The notes under the pieces are model-generated. The model searched no databases and was not told where the DNA came from. It saw nothing but the letters and a program-made list of their open reading frames with translations. The translations under genes were made by a program, and so were the position numbers. 64,000 nt of DNA from Auanema rhodensis (lineage: Eukaryota > Animalia > Nematoda). Every line of letters starts with the position of its first letter. Positions within the stretch are counted from its first letter, which is position 1. Shown in pieces: positions 52,688 through 64,000 of this stretch. Location of the stretch: positions 6,510,001-6,574,000 of the forward strand of contig OZ059896.1 in the NCBI GenBank assembly GCA_964057225.1, read 5' to 3'.

Positions 52688-54432
52688 TTACAACTCAGTC
52701 TTCTGAAGAATTGAATATCTCTTCTCACTTGGTTTCAATTCCTTGAAAACGGATGGAGGTGGAGTGGTGTCAGATGGGCGAGCGCCAGGAGGTCCTCCCT
52801 GCAATTTCGAATTTTATTTTAGAGTTTCTAATAGGATCTTATACTTCTCTATCATCAGTTAGATCATCATCAATATTATTTTCTGATTTGAATTTGGCTA
52901 ATTCAATCATTTTCTGATCCAAATTTTCGTGGAATTCCTTATGAAGTTTTCCGGAGTGTAAATCCATCACAAACTGTAAAATGAAAACAGTACCAAGGAA
53001 AAATAGTAAAATTCATTAAATCGTACTTGACGAAGTTTTCCTGGCACTGTAAGCTGAGTCATATCAGGGAACAGGAACATGTGTTGGAAGGAATCAATTG
53101 CCAAAACTGGTAAATCCTGAAAGTTAGTAATAAAAACATTATTCAATAAAATGTTTCAAAAATTTTATACTTTTGAAGTTTTTCCTAAATGTTTGAGTGG
53201 ATGAGCAAATTTGAATCCATCTGCCAATAATGGATTAACTGAAGAACGTTGATCATAGAGTTCACGAACAACCTAAAAATAGCGGGCTATAAGCATCAAT
53301 CGAGTAATGTATATCTTACTTGCTCTGTAAATAATTTATCGGCCTCCTTATCTTTGGGGTCACGGAAAAAGAGCAAAAATGGTAATCCTTCTTCAGTTAA
53401 CTCTTCGACGTTTTCGAATGTAACCTCACGAACCAACGGTATACATTTATCAGTAACCCATTGTTTAAGGAATTCATAGTCTTCAATATTACCAGTGAAC
53501 TAAAGGTAAGAAAAATTACGATTTTAAATTATGTTTCGCTAACCTTGTGTTCACTGCTGTTATCATCAGGATCATAGAAAGATAAATGATCGGTATCACT
53601 GTTTTCGTTCACCCAAAAGACACATTCTTCTCGAAGCAATGAAGCAACTTTCTAAGAAAAAAAGATTTCACTATTTTTCCAGAATTTTCCATATAATTAT
53701 GTCTCATAGGATTATGTTGAGAGAGTGGACAAGAAGGCATAAGACTCACTCTGATTATAGTTAAAGCATTTGATGATTTTCTAAGCCAAATAACAATATT
53801 TCTTCTTGAGTGATCTAAGTTGTTTTGAAGTTCGGATTGATCATTGAAATTATTCATAGCAGTTGATAACTGATATTTTACAAAATTGGTGAGAGCTTCG
53901 ACTGAACGAGTTGATCTGAAAGAAAAAACTAAGCTAATAAAACCCTTTTAGAAATAAACCTGTATTCCTTTTGAATAAGCTCTCCATTAACAAAAACTTT
54001 CATAGTTGGATATTTATTTACAAAATATTTATCACCTATATCAGCCTGAAAATTAATTTTCCATAAAACAAAAGATTTTGTCAAATAACAGACCTGGCGA
54101 ACACTATCTACAATAGCCCAAGTTACGCTAGCATCAGGATTTTCTCTTTTGAAAACCTTTAGAAAAATCATTTTCATGAGTTACTCGAACAAAATGGAAC
54201 ATACCTCAGCAGACTCTTCAAAGATTGGCTTTAATCTTCTTGAAAATGGACACCAATCGGCACAAAAAGCAACAAAAACAACCTGAAAATAATTGTATTT
54301 ATTTAATTATTAAAATAAAAGCAAAACCTGTGAGGATGCTAACACATGATCGTGATTAGCCATGGATAATTCCACGATACTACTATATGCCACACTGGCT
54401 TGGAGTAAACACAAGACGATTGCCAACTTCAT
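52688..54432 (-). CDS. ERP44: ER resident protein 44 (thioredoxin/PDI family)
   Basis: Signal peptide, FCADWCPFS, VNKYPTMKVFVNGE..KEYR, CIPLVREVTFENVEELTEEGLPFL, LHSGKLHKEFH, PSEKRYSILQKTEL (ER retention). Confidence 0.93.
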
Positions 54433-55066
54433 AGTTGGACACTAAAATTTAAGTTAAAAAGAAAATTAAAACAATGAAACAATATGAGCTATTTCCGCAT
54501 ATATAACAATAAAGAATAAAGTAAGAGAAACGGGAGAGTTAACTGATCTCACTCAAAGCAAACGGTGGAAGCAAAAAAAATGAATAATAGGGATTCGAGC
54601 AAATAAAGATCGACTATTTGTCCATCGAAAGGCTGGCACACCACCTAGGGCATCAGACCTATTGATCTAAGAAAGTTGTGACTTGAAATAAAACTAAAAC
54701 TAAGCATAATAACATTTAAAGTTTCAACAATAACTTAGAACATTAGTTTGATAATTTCAAGAAATATCATCATAAATATTTTTTTTGGTAAAAACTGAAT
54801 GAACAAAAGTTTCAAAAGAACTAAAGTATGTAGTCAAAAATCGTTTTTGTTGCAGTTTCAAATGGTTAGTCTACAATAAAAAAGTTTTATCAAGTAGTTA
54901 TCTAGAAATATATGAAAACTTGTTTTCGTTGTATAACTTCAAGAATGTCATTTAAAGAGAAAAACGAAGATTAATAAGATGGTTTAAAACTTTTCAAAGC
55001 ATTAACTCAAAATGTATTTCAAAAAGATATTGTCACTTTACCTGAAAAAGAGATTGAACGCACCGG

Positions 55067-55074
55067 TGACGTGG
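55067..55074 (+). promoter_or_regulatory. Candidate UPRE (XBP-1/ATF6) site upstream of ERp44
   Basis: TGACGTGG about 635 bp upstream of the ERp44 ATG, in a locally GC-richer patch. Confidence 0.45.
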
Positions 55075-55619
55075 AACCGTTGCGTGGAGATGAAACATGC
55101 TCATCTTTTTCTTATATAAGAACAATACAGACTGTATCGAAGAATAGAGATATAGAATATAAAAATATATAATTTGTTGACTATTTAGATATGATATTCT
55201 ATGTTTTATTTTTAAAGTTGGAAATAAAAGGGGAAGTTGACAATATGAGAAAAGAACGAGAAAAAGTGATGATGATTGTGACCGCTAGACGACAATGGTC
55301 GTCCTCCCTACCTCGGATGTTGACAGTGCGATACAGGCTAGGCATATCGGCAAGAGATTCAGATAGGTAGAAGAGGATAAGAAATAGTACACATACTAGC
55401 GAGGGTCAAGAAAAAGACAATAAGAGAGATATGAGGATGAAGAGAAAAATATTGACGGTATTTTCCCTCTGTACCCGTTAATAACTATTGCTTCGTTTGA
55501 TGTACCTATATAGAGCTAACAAATATATATCTGCATTATGTATTCTGAGATAGCTGATCAATGACAAAAGCAAAAATCGATCAGTGGTTAACGGAGATCT
55601 GGATAGAAAAAGAGTGAGT

Positions 55620-55655
<36 letters not shown>

Positions 55656-57318
55656 GAGATATAAAGAGAGAGAGGAAAATATGGTTTATTCGTTTTGATC
55701 TAATGGTTGTAAGGCATTAATGGAAAATACAGTCTTGATCATTCAATTAATTCAGATTACATCCGTATGAACGACAGTTTTCCAAAAAAATAACATTATG
55801 AAAGACCTTATACTTTATAATATTTGACAGAATTCATATCATAGAATATTGAGATATATTAATATCACAATTTGTCAATGACGGGTATCAAAAATCCAAT
55901 TCTATTGACTACACCAATTTTTGGATCATTTTCTCTTACAGATTTCTGTAACAATCAATAGTCATGGTAGTTGCCTGTAAAAAAAGAGAAAAAAGGTCGG
56001 GCAAATCGCCGATGAGAGAGGGTTGGTCTACACAATTAGTCCTCTTCGGGCACTGGTCATCATCTTAGAGGACGTAGGGACAGAAGAGAAGGGGTGAGAA
56101 AAGGTACATACATCATTTAGAAAGACAGAGGAAGAAAGAGAAGAATGAAAAGATATGACAGGTTAAAATATAAAAAGACGAGCGAGTGGGGGTAAGAGTC
56201 AATGAAATGAATAAGGAAATCCGGAAGACTAGGTACTGTGTATTATATATAATTTGGATTGGTTAATGTTCTTATTTTTTTCCGACTTAAACGAGAAGTT
56301 TTAAATTTTGTGTAATTTCACTTATCCAATAAAATTCAAATTTTTTAAACTTTTTGTGTCAATATTGAAAAAAAAAAGAGAAATAGAACTTTGAACTTAT
56401 TAGAGGTATAATGTAAAAAAAACTACTAAGCATTGTCGAAACAAAGAAAAGCCTGACTGCAGTACCACATTTTAGAACATAACTGCGATACTTATATCAG
56501 TAATCGTAGAACGTCTACTCTGCATTTCAAGATAATAGCGTGCATTAGTTTAATGCTAACTATTGGTGTTTATTATCACAAAATAATTACTAATAGGTTT
56601 ATATTACAGGCGTTTGCTGTGAATGCTCTAGATTTGTCTGAATTTATCTGTTCTATATATCCCGTTTTAAATCTCTCCCTTGTTCAACTTGTCATACCAC
56701 CTGCAAAAGAATACCCATAACTTACTGTTAATCAATAAAAGGTGTCCGCTATCTTCGCTAAAGAAATTAGTCAAATAAAGTAATTAAACAACTTGCCATG
56801 TTTAGAAGTGATGAAAATGGAAAAAACTAGCTTCATTTATTAAATATTCCATCGAAACAAAACCAAAACGATGCAAATTTCGATAAGATTTAATAGATAA
56901 TATATGAGAGAAAAAAATAAAACATTGTCTCCATCACATATACACTTTTCATCAAGCAATATTTTTTAAAAGGATAACATTATTTGGGATTATTAAGCAT
57001 GAAAGATCACCTGGGTTACAACTAGAAAAGTTTAGAATTGGGGTCGTCATTCGTTTTCCACGCCCTCATGACCGATATTCTTCTTTCAGAACGACCTCGA
57101 GGAAAGTTTTAAAAAAATAAGAATCTCCTGTTGATGACAAATAACGAGATACAATTAATATCTTTCTTTACTTATTCAACTTGTATTAAGTTGTCGAATA
57201 AATTTCATACTTATAATTCGATAATTACGTGAGAGGTAGACGTAAAAATTATTTTCCTCTTACGTTAATAATAACTCGGTTGTGCATCGAAAAATTTATC
57301 TGAGAGTTTGAATCAATT

Positions 57319-57791
57319 ATGCAGCAGCAAGATGTTTCTATCACGTAATTCATACCTAATTAGTTAAAACAGTCGTCACCATTACAGAGATGCTAACGAT
57401 GATACAGCTCGAAGCAAAATGGCTCCACATTCAGCAATGTTGGATCTCATTGGCGATTTGAAAAAAAAGAAAAAGAAAGAAAAAGATGAAGCCAAAAGAA
57501 GTGATGCTGAAAAGGAAAAGAAGAAGAAGAAAGAACCTAAAAAGAAATTCAAAACTGTTCGAAAAGAGGATCGTTTTGCGCCCAAAAATTATCTTTTCCG
57601 TATAGATGGATCAATTTGTTGTTCAGGAATAAGTAAGCAATATTTTATTATAAATAAATCATATTATTGTTTTAGTTGTGACAATGCTCATGGTCATTAC
57701 AAACGTATTAGTTCTTCTTTGGGTTATTACAATTAGTAAGGGCGACATAAAATATCTTATAAACAGAACGCCATTCGATGTGGAAAATTAG
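57319..57791 (+). CDS. Lys-rich single-pass membrane protein of unknown function; 3 exons
   Basis: MQQQDVSIT|DANDDTARSKMAPHS..poly-K..RIDGSICCSGI|IVTMLMVITNVLVLLWVITISKG..FDVEN*; splice phases consistent. Confidence 0.7.
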
Positions 57792-58095
57792 ATTTATTAA
57801 ACACAACTTAATAGTTGCTGAAAGTATTGCGATTCAAAAATCATAGTATGTATATTAGATAAATTATCAAAGTAAAATGTTATTACGCTTCGAAAATCAC
57901 AGGCGGTTATGCTAACTGTACAGAAAACTAGAATGAGAAATGTCTAAGAGGAATGAATAAGGTACATTTGAAAGAAAGATGCCAGATAGATATGTTAGCT
58001 AACAGCTATGTGCAAAATACAACAGAGCACCACAAATAAAGAATGTACAGAAATATGCTCTGACCTGTGCAAGATAGATATGTGCAAGAAAAGAA

Positions 58096-60270
58096 CTATT
58101 CTATGGTGGTAAGCATTTCATCATCAGATTTTGATTCTGGTACACGATCGGTGAGTAGTTCCTAAAAAATGAGTAAGTAACAAAACATTAAATAAGCTTA
58201 CCATTTGCTCTGGGGTTTCGTCGCCTTTTTTATTTTGGAAACGCTGCAAAACTCCTCTAATAATACTACCCGGAAGACGTTGGTGAGATTTTATTAGTCC
58301 CCTTATCTCACGTTTAATCTGTCTTCTAACCTGAAATAAGTTTTAATTAGTTAATTTGAGGGAAAAAAGAAAGAATACTTCTTCTGGACTTATATTGTCG
58401 TAATCAAACGTCATTGGTTTCCCAAGATGAGTCACCATTTTAACAGGAAAGCCTCCATATATTGGACACAATGGTATTTTTGTTTTTTCATATATCCAAC
58501 GGAAAAAGCTTCGTCCCCATTCTGGTGTTCGGAATGATTCTCGACAATTTTCGGTAAACATTGGAATTACGGGCTGTAAGTTAAAAAATAAATAGAATAA
58601 TTGAAACTAAGCATATGCGAAATGATTTAAATCTTACAGTTTTAGAATTAATCACAACTCGTGCAAATCCTAATCGCTTGCCCCATTGAATGTCATATAG
58701 ATTGGGATCGGAGAAGAGAGCTTCTCGGACACCTTAATTTAAATACAAGTATACTTGACAAGTTAACTTTCCCAGTTTTACCTCCTGGAGCAATACACAA
58801 TAAATTTCCTTCCAGCAGTTCTTTAGTACATTCTTCTACTGTGCCAGGCGTTATGCTGAACATTTTACAAATGGGTTTCCAGCCTAAGTAAGGATGTAAT
58901 GTATGCATTAACTTCATGCCTACCGGGAATTTTGAATATAAATTTATCTCCCACACAATGTAGTACTCTATTCTTATGAATAGCCAGTTTCGATATAAGA
59001 TAATAAACATCTAAAGGAAGGCATCCATGATAATAGATAAATAACGCTTTTCCATCATCAGGAACATTTTCTATTCCCTTTAACTCATAACCTAAATGTA
59101 AACTATATTTAGAGTATAAAAAATATATGATACCATGCCAAACAGAACCTACAGCATCCCAGAAGGATGCAATTGCTACTCTTGCACCATCCCAATAACT
59201 AGAGTTATAAGCTTCTCGAATCTAAAACAAAATACAGTGTAATTAAATATCATTAGTGATGATCAAACCTGATGACGTAGACCATAAACATGCAAGAAAA
59301 TTATGCAACCATATATGAATACTACTAATATAGCTGGAACAACAAAAACAATAATGAATGGGAGCAGCAGCCACAACAGATGCTGAAAAACGACATTTCA
59401 AATACAAGGCTTGTTCGTAAAATAATTTTTTAAATTATTATTACAATTATAATTTTCATGTCTCACCTCACCACCGAATAATTTTACTAGGAAGGGGTGA
59501 ATAACACTAAATGGCCATATGCTTTCCAGCACCATAGCCACATATCAATGAGGAGAGCAATGATTGCCTACAGGAAAGAGTATATTTTTGAACAAGAATA
59601 GATATATGAAAAAAACTTTGACTAAAATCAAGTGCTTATTAAAGCATAGGCAAAGGCTATAATGAACGATAAGATTCTTGATAAGGGATGAAAAGGGTAA
59701 ATACTGGTTTGTATCTATGTCAATTTTAAATGTGGGCTCACACAGAGCTAGCGAGCTGAATCAATATCAGGCGACATCATAAGCGCATTCATTTAAACTC
59801 CAAAAAAAGCTTTTTAAATCAAAGCTTTATATTGAAGTCAGATGAAAAAAGGAAAATAACGTTTGAGCATATAATGAATAAGTAATCAATAAAAGGAAGC
59901 GCGACATACGAATATGAGAAATATAATATATTGATAACATGTTGATATGTGGGCATTCGTAATAATAAGGGCCGTAACACATGATACACTGCTCCGAAGC
60001 AAAAGCTAATAAATAAGTAACAAAGAAAGAAGTAAATGTTATGTTGTCACAAAGTATTGAATAATAGTAGTTAAAAGTTGAATAAAAAATGTTACCTCTA
60101 AATAATCCAGATCAATATAGTCTAAGGCCCAAGTAATCCAAATAAGGAGAACCTCAATATGAGGCTGAAAAAACTCAGGCCATCCCATTGCTGAATTACG
60201 CGTTATTTAGTAAACAAGAGCTTCATAAAAGCAAACCTTGTAGTTCCTCCAGCCATGTTGAAATAGGCAT
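58096..60270 (-). CDS. TMEM68: TMEM68 (DGAT2-like acyltransferase fold)
   Basis: WDGARVAIASFWD..WHGYELKGIENVP..ALFIYYHGCLPLD, IAPGGVREALFSD, WGKRLGFA, PVIPMFTENCRE, PIYGGFPVK. Confidence 0.92.
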
Positions 60271-60387
60271 TACCTAGGTTAAAAAACGCAAATAATTTTG
60301 CAACAAAACATGCTAAATAATATAAGAGTAAAAAACTCAAAAAAATAATGTTTAAAATTAAAAAAAAATTAAAAATTTATTAAAAAT

Positions 60388-61036
60388 CTAATCTGTAGCT
60401 AAATTGTCATCGTTCTCAACCCAATTTTTAGTATCATAAATTGTAACAACTCCGCTTTGTAAACTCAGACTGAATGAAAACTTCACATAAAAGAAAATAT
60501 TGATTATGAAAACAAACCGAATTTTAGAAGTATAAAAGTTTTCTTCTTCCTTAGATCGAGTGGCCATCACATCCATATGACCACAATCCAAAGAACCGGT
60601 TATTGGTATTCTGAGCTGAAAACGAAAGAAAAATAAATTGAATATTAAAAAAAACTTCTTTACCTGACTCTTCAGTTTTCCCACATAATTATGCCGATTA
60701 TCAGCAAGATCTACTGCGCCAACTTTGATAGGACAACCAATTGTAGACTAAAACAAGTAAAAATGAACAAGTTTCTCGAAACAACATTATATACCATAGC
60801 TAACTCATGCTCACTAACTATGCGAAGACTTTCTACATAATGAGGAAGATTTCTGACTCTATGTTGAACAGATTTTTGAGCTAAATAAAGACCCGTTGCG
60901 CCGGCAAGAAAAGTTCCTGCTGCGATTTTCACTAACGTTGAATTTTGAACCTGTAACAACATGAATAAACTAAGAATTGGAAGAGCCTCAAACTAGCCAT
61001 TTCAGAAATGGTTTTTCTTTAACTTGAAAATACCAT
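60388..61036 (-). CDS. Cytochrome c oxidase assembly factor 1 (COA1)-like
   Basis: M|VQNSTLVKIAAGTFLAGATGLYLAQKSVQ..PHYVESLRIV..IGCPIKVGAVDL..QLRIPITGSLDCG; first exon appears to be the ATG alone. Confidence 0.7.
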
Positions 61037-61230
61037 ACAATATTATACCTCAAGATATAGAGAAAACCTGCAAGTATATATTAAATATTTTTTTCGAAAA
61101 CAATCTTTACAACCAGTTAAAAGTGTAATATGATCATGTGAGGAGAGGTAAAAGAAAAAATTTGAAATAAGCGTAATTTTATTTCTAAATGTATCATACA
61201 AAGGATGTGGATTTCACAAAGAATTATTAT

Positions 61231-61565
61231 TCAGGGATGATGAAGAGTCCAAGCACAAGTTTGTCCTATTCCCGCCATAGCAACGACCTTCCATCCATCT
61301 CCTTCTAATCGGTTGAGTACAATTCGAGGTGGAAGTTGGGTTACATATTCCTTCAAAGGGAAACGATGAAGCTTAGCGCAAAGGTAAGATGTGCAATATG
61401 CTTCAAGACCATAGTAAATCAAAAAAGTACCATAAATTCATTTCCTAGCTGCTTAGTAGGAGAAGCTTCTAGCTTTTCCATTAGTTCAGGGTCAGAGGCT
61501 CCATCGCCAACAAAAGTAGGCCCACATTCCAAACGAATTTGAGTAGAAATGAGCAAATATGGCAT
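61231..61565 (-). CDS. gfrp-1: GTP cyclohydrolase I feedback regulatory protein
   Basis: MPYLLISTQIRLECGPTFVGDGASDPELM..LGNEFM|EYVTQLPPRIVLNRLE..GIGQTCAWTLHHP. Confidence 0.95.
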
Positions 61566-61981
61566 TTTAGCAGACGTTTCTTAGTTTTAAGCCGGACAAG
61601 GTGAACGCGGACGGGTTATAGTAAAAGACGGTAAATTTAAAGAGGAAAGAGACGATAAAAACAACCAATGTCAAGGTCAAACAACTTCAATGATAACAAA
61701 AGAATACGTTGATTGAGAAGCATGATCTTGAAGGCATGAACAAGAAAGACAGGAAGAATCAAACAAGAAATAATAGATCATATTCAGATATGAATAATGG
61801 TTGAACATAATTCACGCTCATAAAAAAACATATCAAAATTAAATATCTTCATTTCGAATGATAGATATGGAAAAGTGTACACATAAGGAAACCCGCTAGA
61901 ATTACAGAAACTGTACAAAGTAAACAAATAATATTGTACACTTCAACAAAAAGGGAACAGAAAAGCAAACAACACAAAAAT

Positions 61982-63898
61982 TTACATATCTATGGGGTTA
62001 TTACTCATAGACAACCCTTCGTCATCTTGAAAATATGAGAGATTAGAAGTCTTAATATTGCGTGTTATCAGTACAGGATTAAGACGAGCTGCAAGATCCA
62101 TTCTTTTAACTTCTCCACACATGTATTCCAGTCTGAAATGAGGAATTTTAGAAAATAAGTAACTTCTATATTTACTTCTTAATTCGGTCATCAATATCCT
62201 TTCTTTTGATATATTCAACAGGAATACAGAGATTAATTATTTTTGAGTCCTTGTTTATTTCAGCATTAAGCTCACCTGATTCGACAAGTTTCTTAAAAAA
62301 TTGAATACAATACTCGAAAAATTTATAGAAAAAAGATACCTCAATTATGCTGATTACAAGAGCCTCATCATTTAACTTAGATCTTGTTGTTAAATTTTCC
62401 AAAGTAATTGAAGAAAATGATTTAGCTACTTTAAGCACAGCCTTGTATTTCAGTGTCTCAATCAAAGTCTCTACCAAGGAAAAATTTTCATCCTGAAACA
62501 TATTTACACCTTTAGAATATGAATAAACTGCTTCAAAAAAACCTCTCGGAAAATAGTTGAATTGTCTTGCAGAGTTTTCTGAACTTCACAAATATTATCT
62601 TCAGCGTCAGCAGCTAATGCAAGTTGGGTATAAGGAGCAGTACGAGCACTGGAAAAATGTTTTTCGAATTGTAAGTTATATATTTTGGAACTCACGATTT
62701 CCAAGCCCTCAAAAGAGCTGACGATCTTGAGCTAGGGATGTCTAAACGACCATGCAATATGAGTGAGACAATATAAAATCTTAAAAAATAAATATTGCAA
62801 AAAGTAATTTATCTATTTTTACTTCTTAAAAGCATTTATTTGGACCGGAGTTGGATTGCTAATTGGTAGTGTTATACTGTGCTCAAGGAAAATGATTGCA
62901 CGACGATATTGATTCTGAGATATAAAATTAAAAACTTTATTTTTTTTAAGCTTACCAAGCTCAATAGAACGACGGCTGAGTAGTAGAGATACTGAAGCAG
63001 AAACTTGGAATCAAAGTACTGTGTTGTAGCATTTCTTGGTTTCCTTACGGTTAGATCAAATGGCGATTCAATTAGATAAGGGTTCTAATTTAAAAGTTAA
63101 TATATCTCACAATCAGCAACTTACTTCGTTTACAAGGCCACTCACATGCGAATAAATATATGGCAAAGCAGCTTGAAGTTTATTAAGCTCAATGCACAGA
63201 AAAAGAAAAGCAGAATGAAGGGAAGACACAATAAAATTTTCTTGATCAAAGATCAAAGTCATGGCTTTCTCTGCAATATCGTATCCAATTCCAGGCTAAA
63301 CATGAAAAAATATAACTTTTAAAAATGCGCACATTTCAACCTCTTTCTTCCTCTCAGAACAATAATATGCAGCGTTTCTTACAAGCGGGACAACTAAAAT
63401 TTACACAGGACAATATAAAAATTTAATGCAAAACTGAACATACATATATCAAGACAATGCTTCAGTTGGTCTGGTTTAAGAATTCCATTATCCAAGTAGT
63501 GTTTCAGAACTTCAATAGCACGATCGGTTCCAGCTTCATGGTTTTTCAATACAGAATTATCGTAAATAGCACGAATGCCAGCAACAAGCATGGGCTTAAT
63601 AATAACAAATTATCTGGTCAGAATTAGGAATAATTTTTACCACAGCGTACGGCAAATTTCCACACTCGATCAAAAAAGGCTCCAGGTCAGGAGCTTTTTT
63701 CTCCAGAACATCTTTATTTTTCCTTGCCATTTCAGCAATCTTCTGTACAACTTCAGCTAAAAAATAACGACTAAAACTAACTATTGAAATTTTCGAAAAC
63801 CTACATTTATTGTCGTTACTTTGAATGCCAGTCATTATTGTGATTATGTTTTCCACATTATTAACTTCAGGGAAAAGTTTGGCAAGGACTGCCGACAT
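61982..63898 (-). CDS. csn-3: COP9 signalosome subunit 3 (PCI domain)
   Basis: SSLHSAFLFLCIEL, FLLQYLYYSAV, AFKKFYIVSLILHG, PYTQLA, AKSFSSITLENL, LVESGELNAEIN. Confidence 0.8.
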
Positions 63899-64000
63899 TT
63901 CCTATAATAACGTTTTTTTTATTAAGATTTGAAATTTCACAAGAACTCGAGATATGAAATACGAGAACATAAATATATACAAGAGTTTGAACAAGAAATG

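Noticed and set aside
46687-61565. Functional clustering of DNAJC12-like and GFRP (both linked to aromatic amino acid hydroxylases)
   Set aside because: About 14 kb apart in separate gene runs; chance proximity cannot be excluded.

Overview
AT-rich eukaryotic DNA from a nematode: short GT-AG introns of about 40-130 bp, acceptor-like AG just before many ATGs, and operon-like gene spacing. The species cannot be fixed from the sequence. Left part (1-~36 kb): extremely AT-rich and microsatellite-rich, with a fatty-acid-hydroxylase gene, two Frag1/DRAM-like paralogs, paqr-3, an ARMC10-like gene, a Cys-rich propeptide, an F-box/LRR gene and a candidate peptide precursor. At 26-33 kb a tandem duplication carries a deleted Tc1 element in one copy and a 4.3-kb scrambled Maverick/Polinton block in the other. 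That block holds an adenain protease, a broken pPolB N-terminus and an open, intron-containing gene whose product resembles the mainly prokaryotic PaREP1/HEPN family; this is the best candidate for an undescribed system. A 1382-bp inverted duplication brackets a ShKT gene (36.1-41.2 kb). Right part (41-64 kb): gene-dense and almost all minus strand, with L10K/C19orf53-like, kish-B, a divergent CWC22 paralog, DNAJC12-like, NOL8-like, npp-1, ERp44, TMEM68, COA1, GFRP and CSN3. The kish-B stop and L10K start codons are 1 nt apart (TAAAATG). All exon structures and family calls were made by eye, without database searches.
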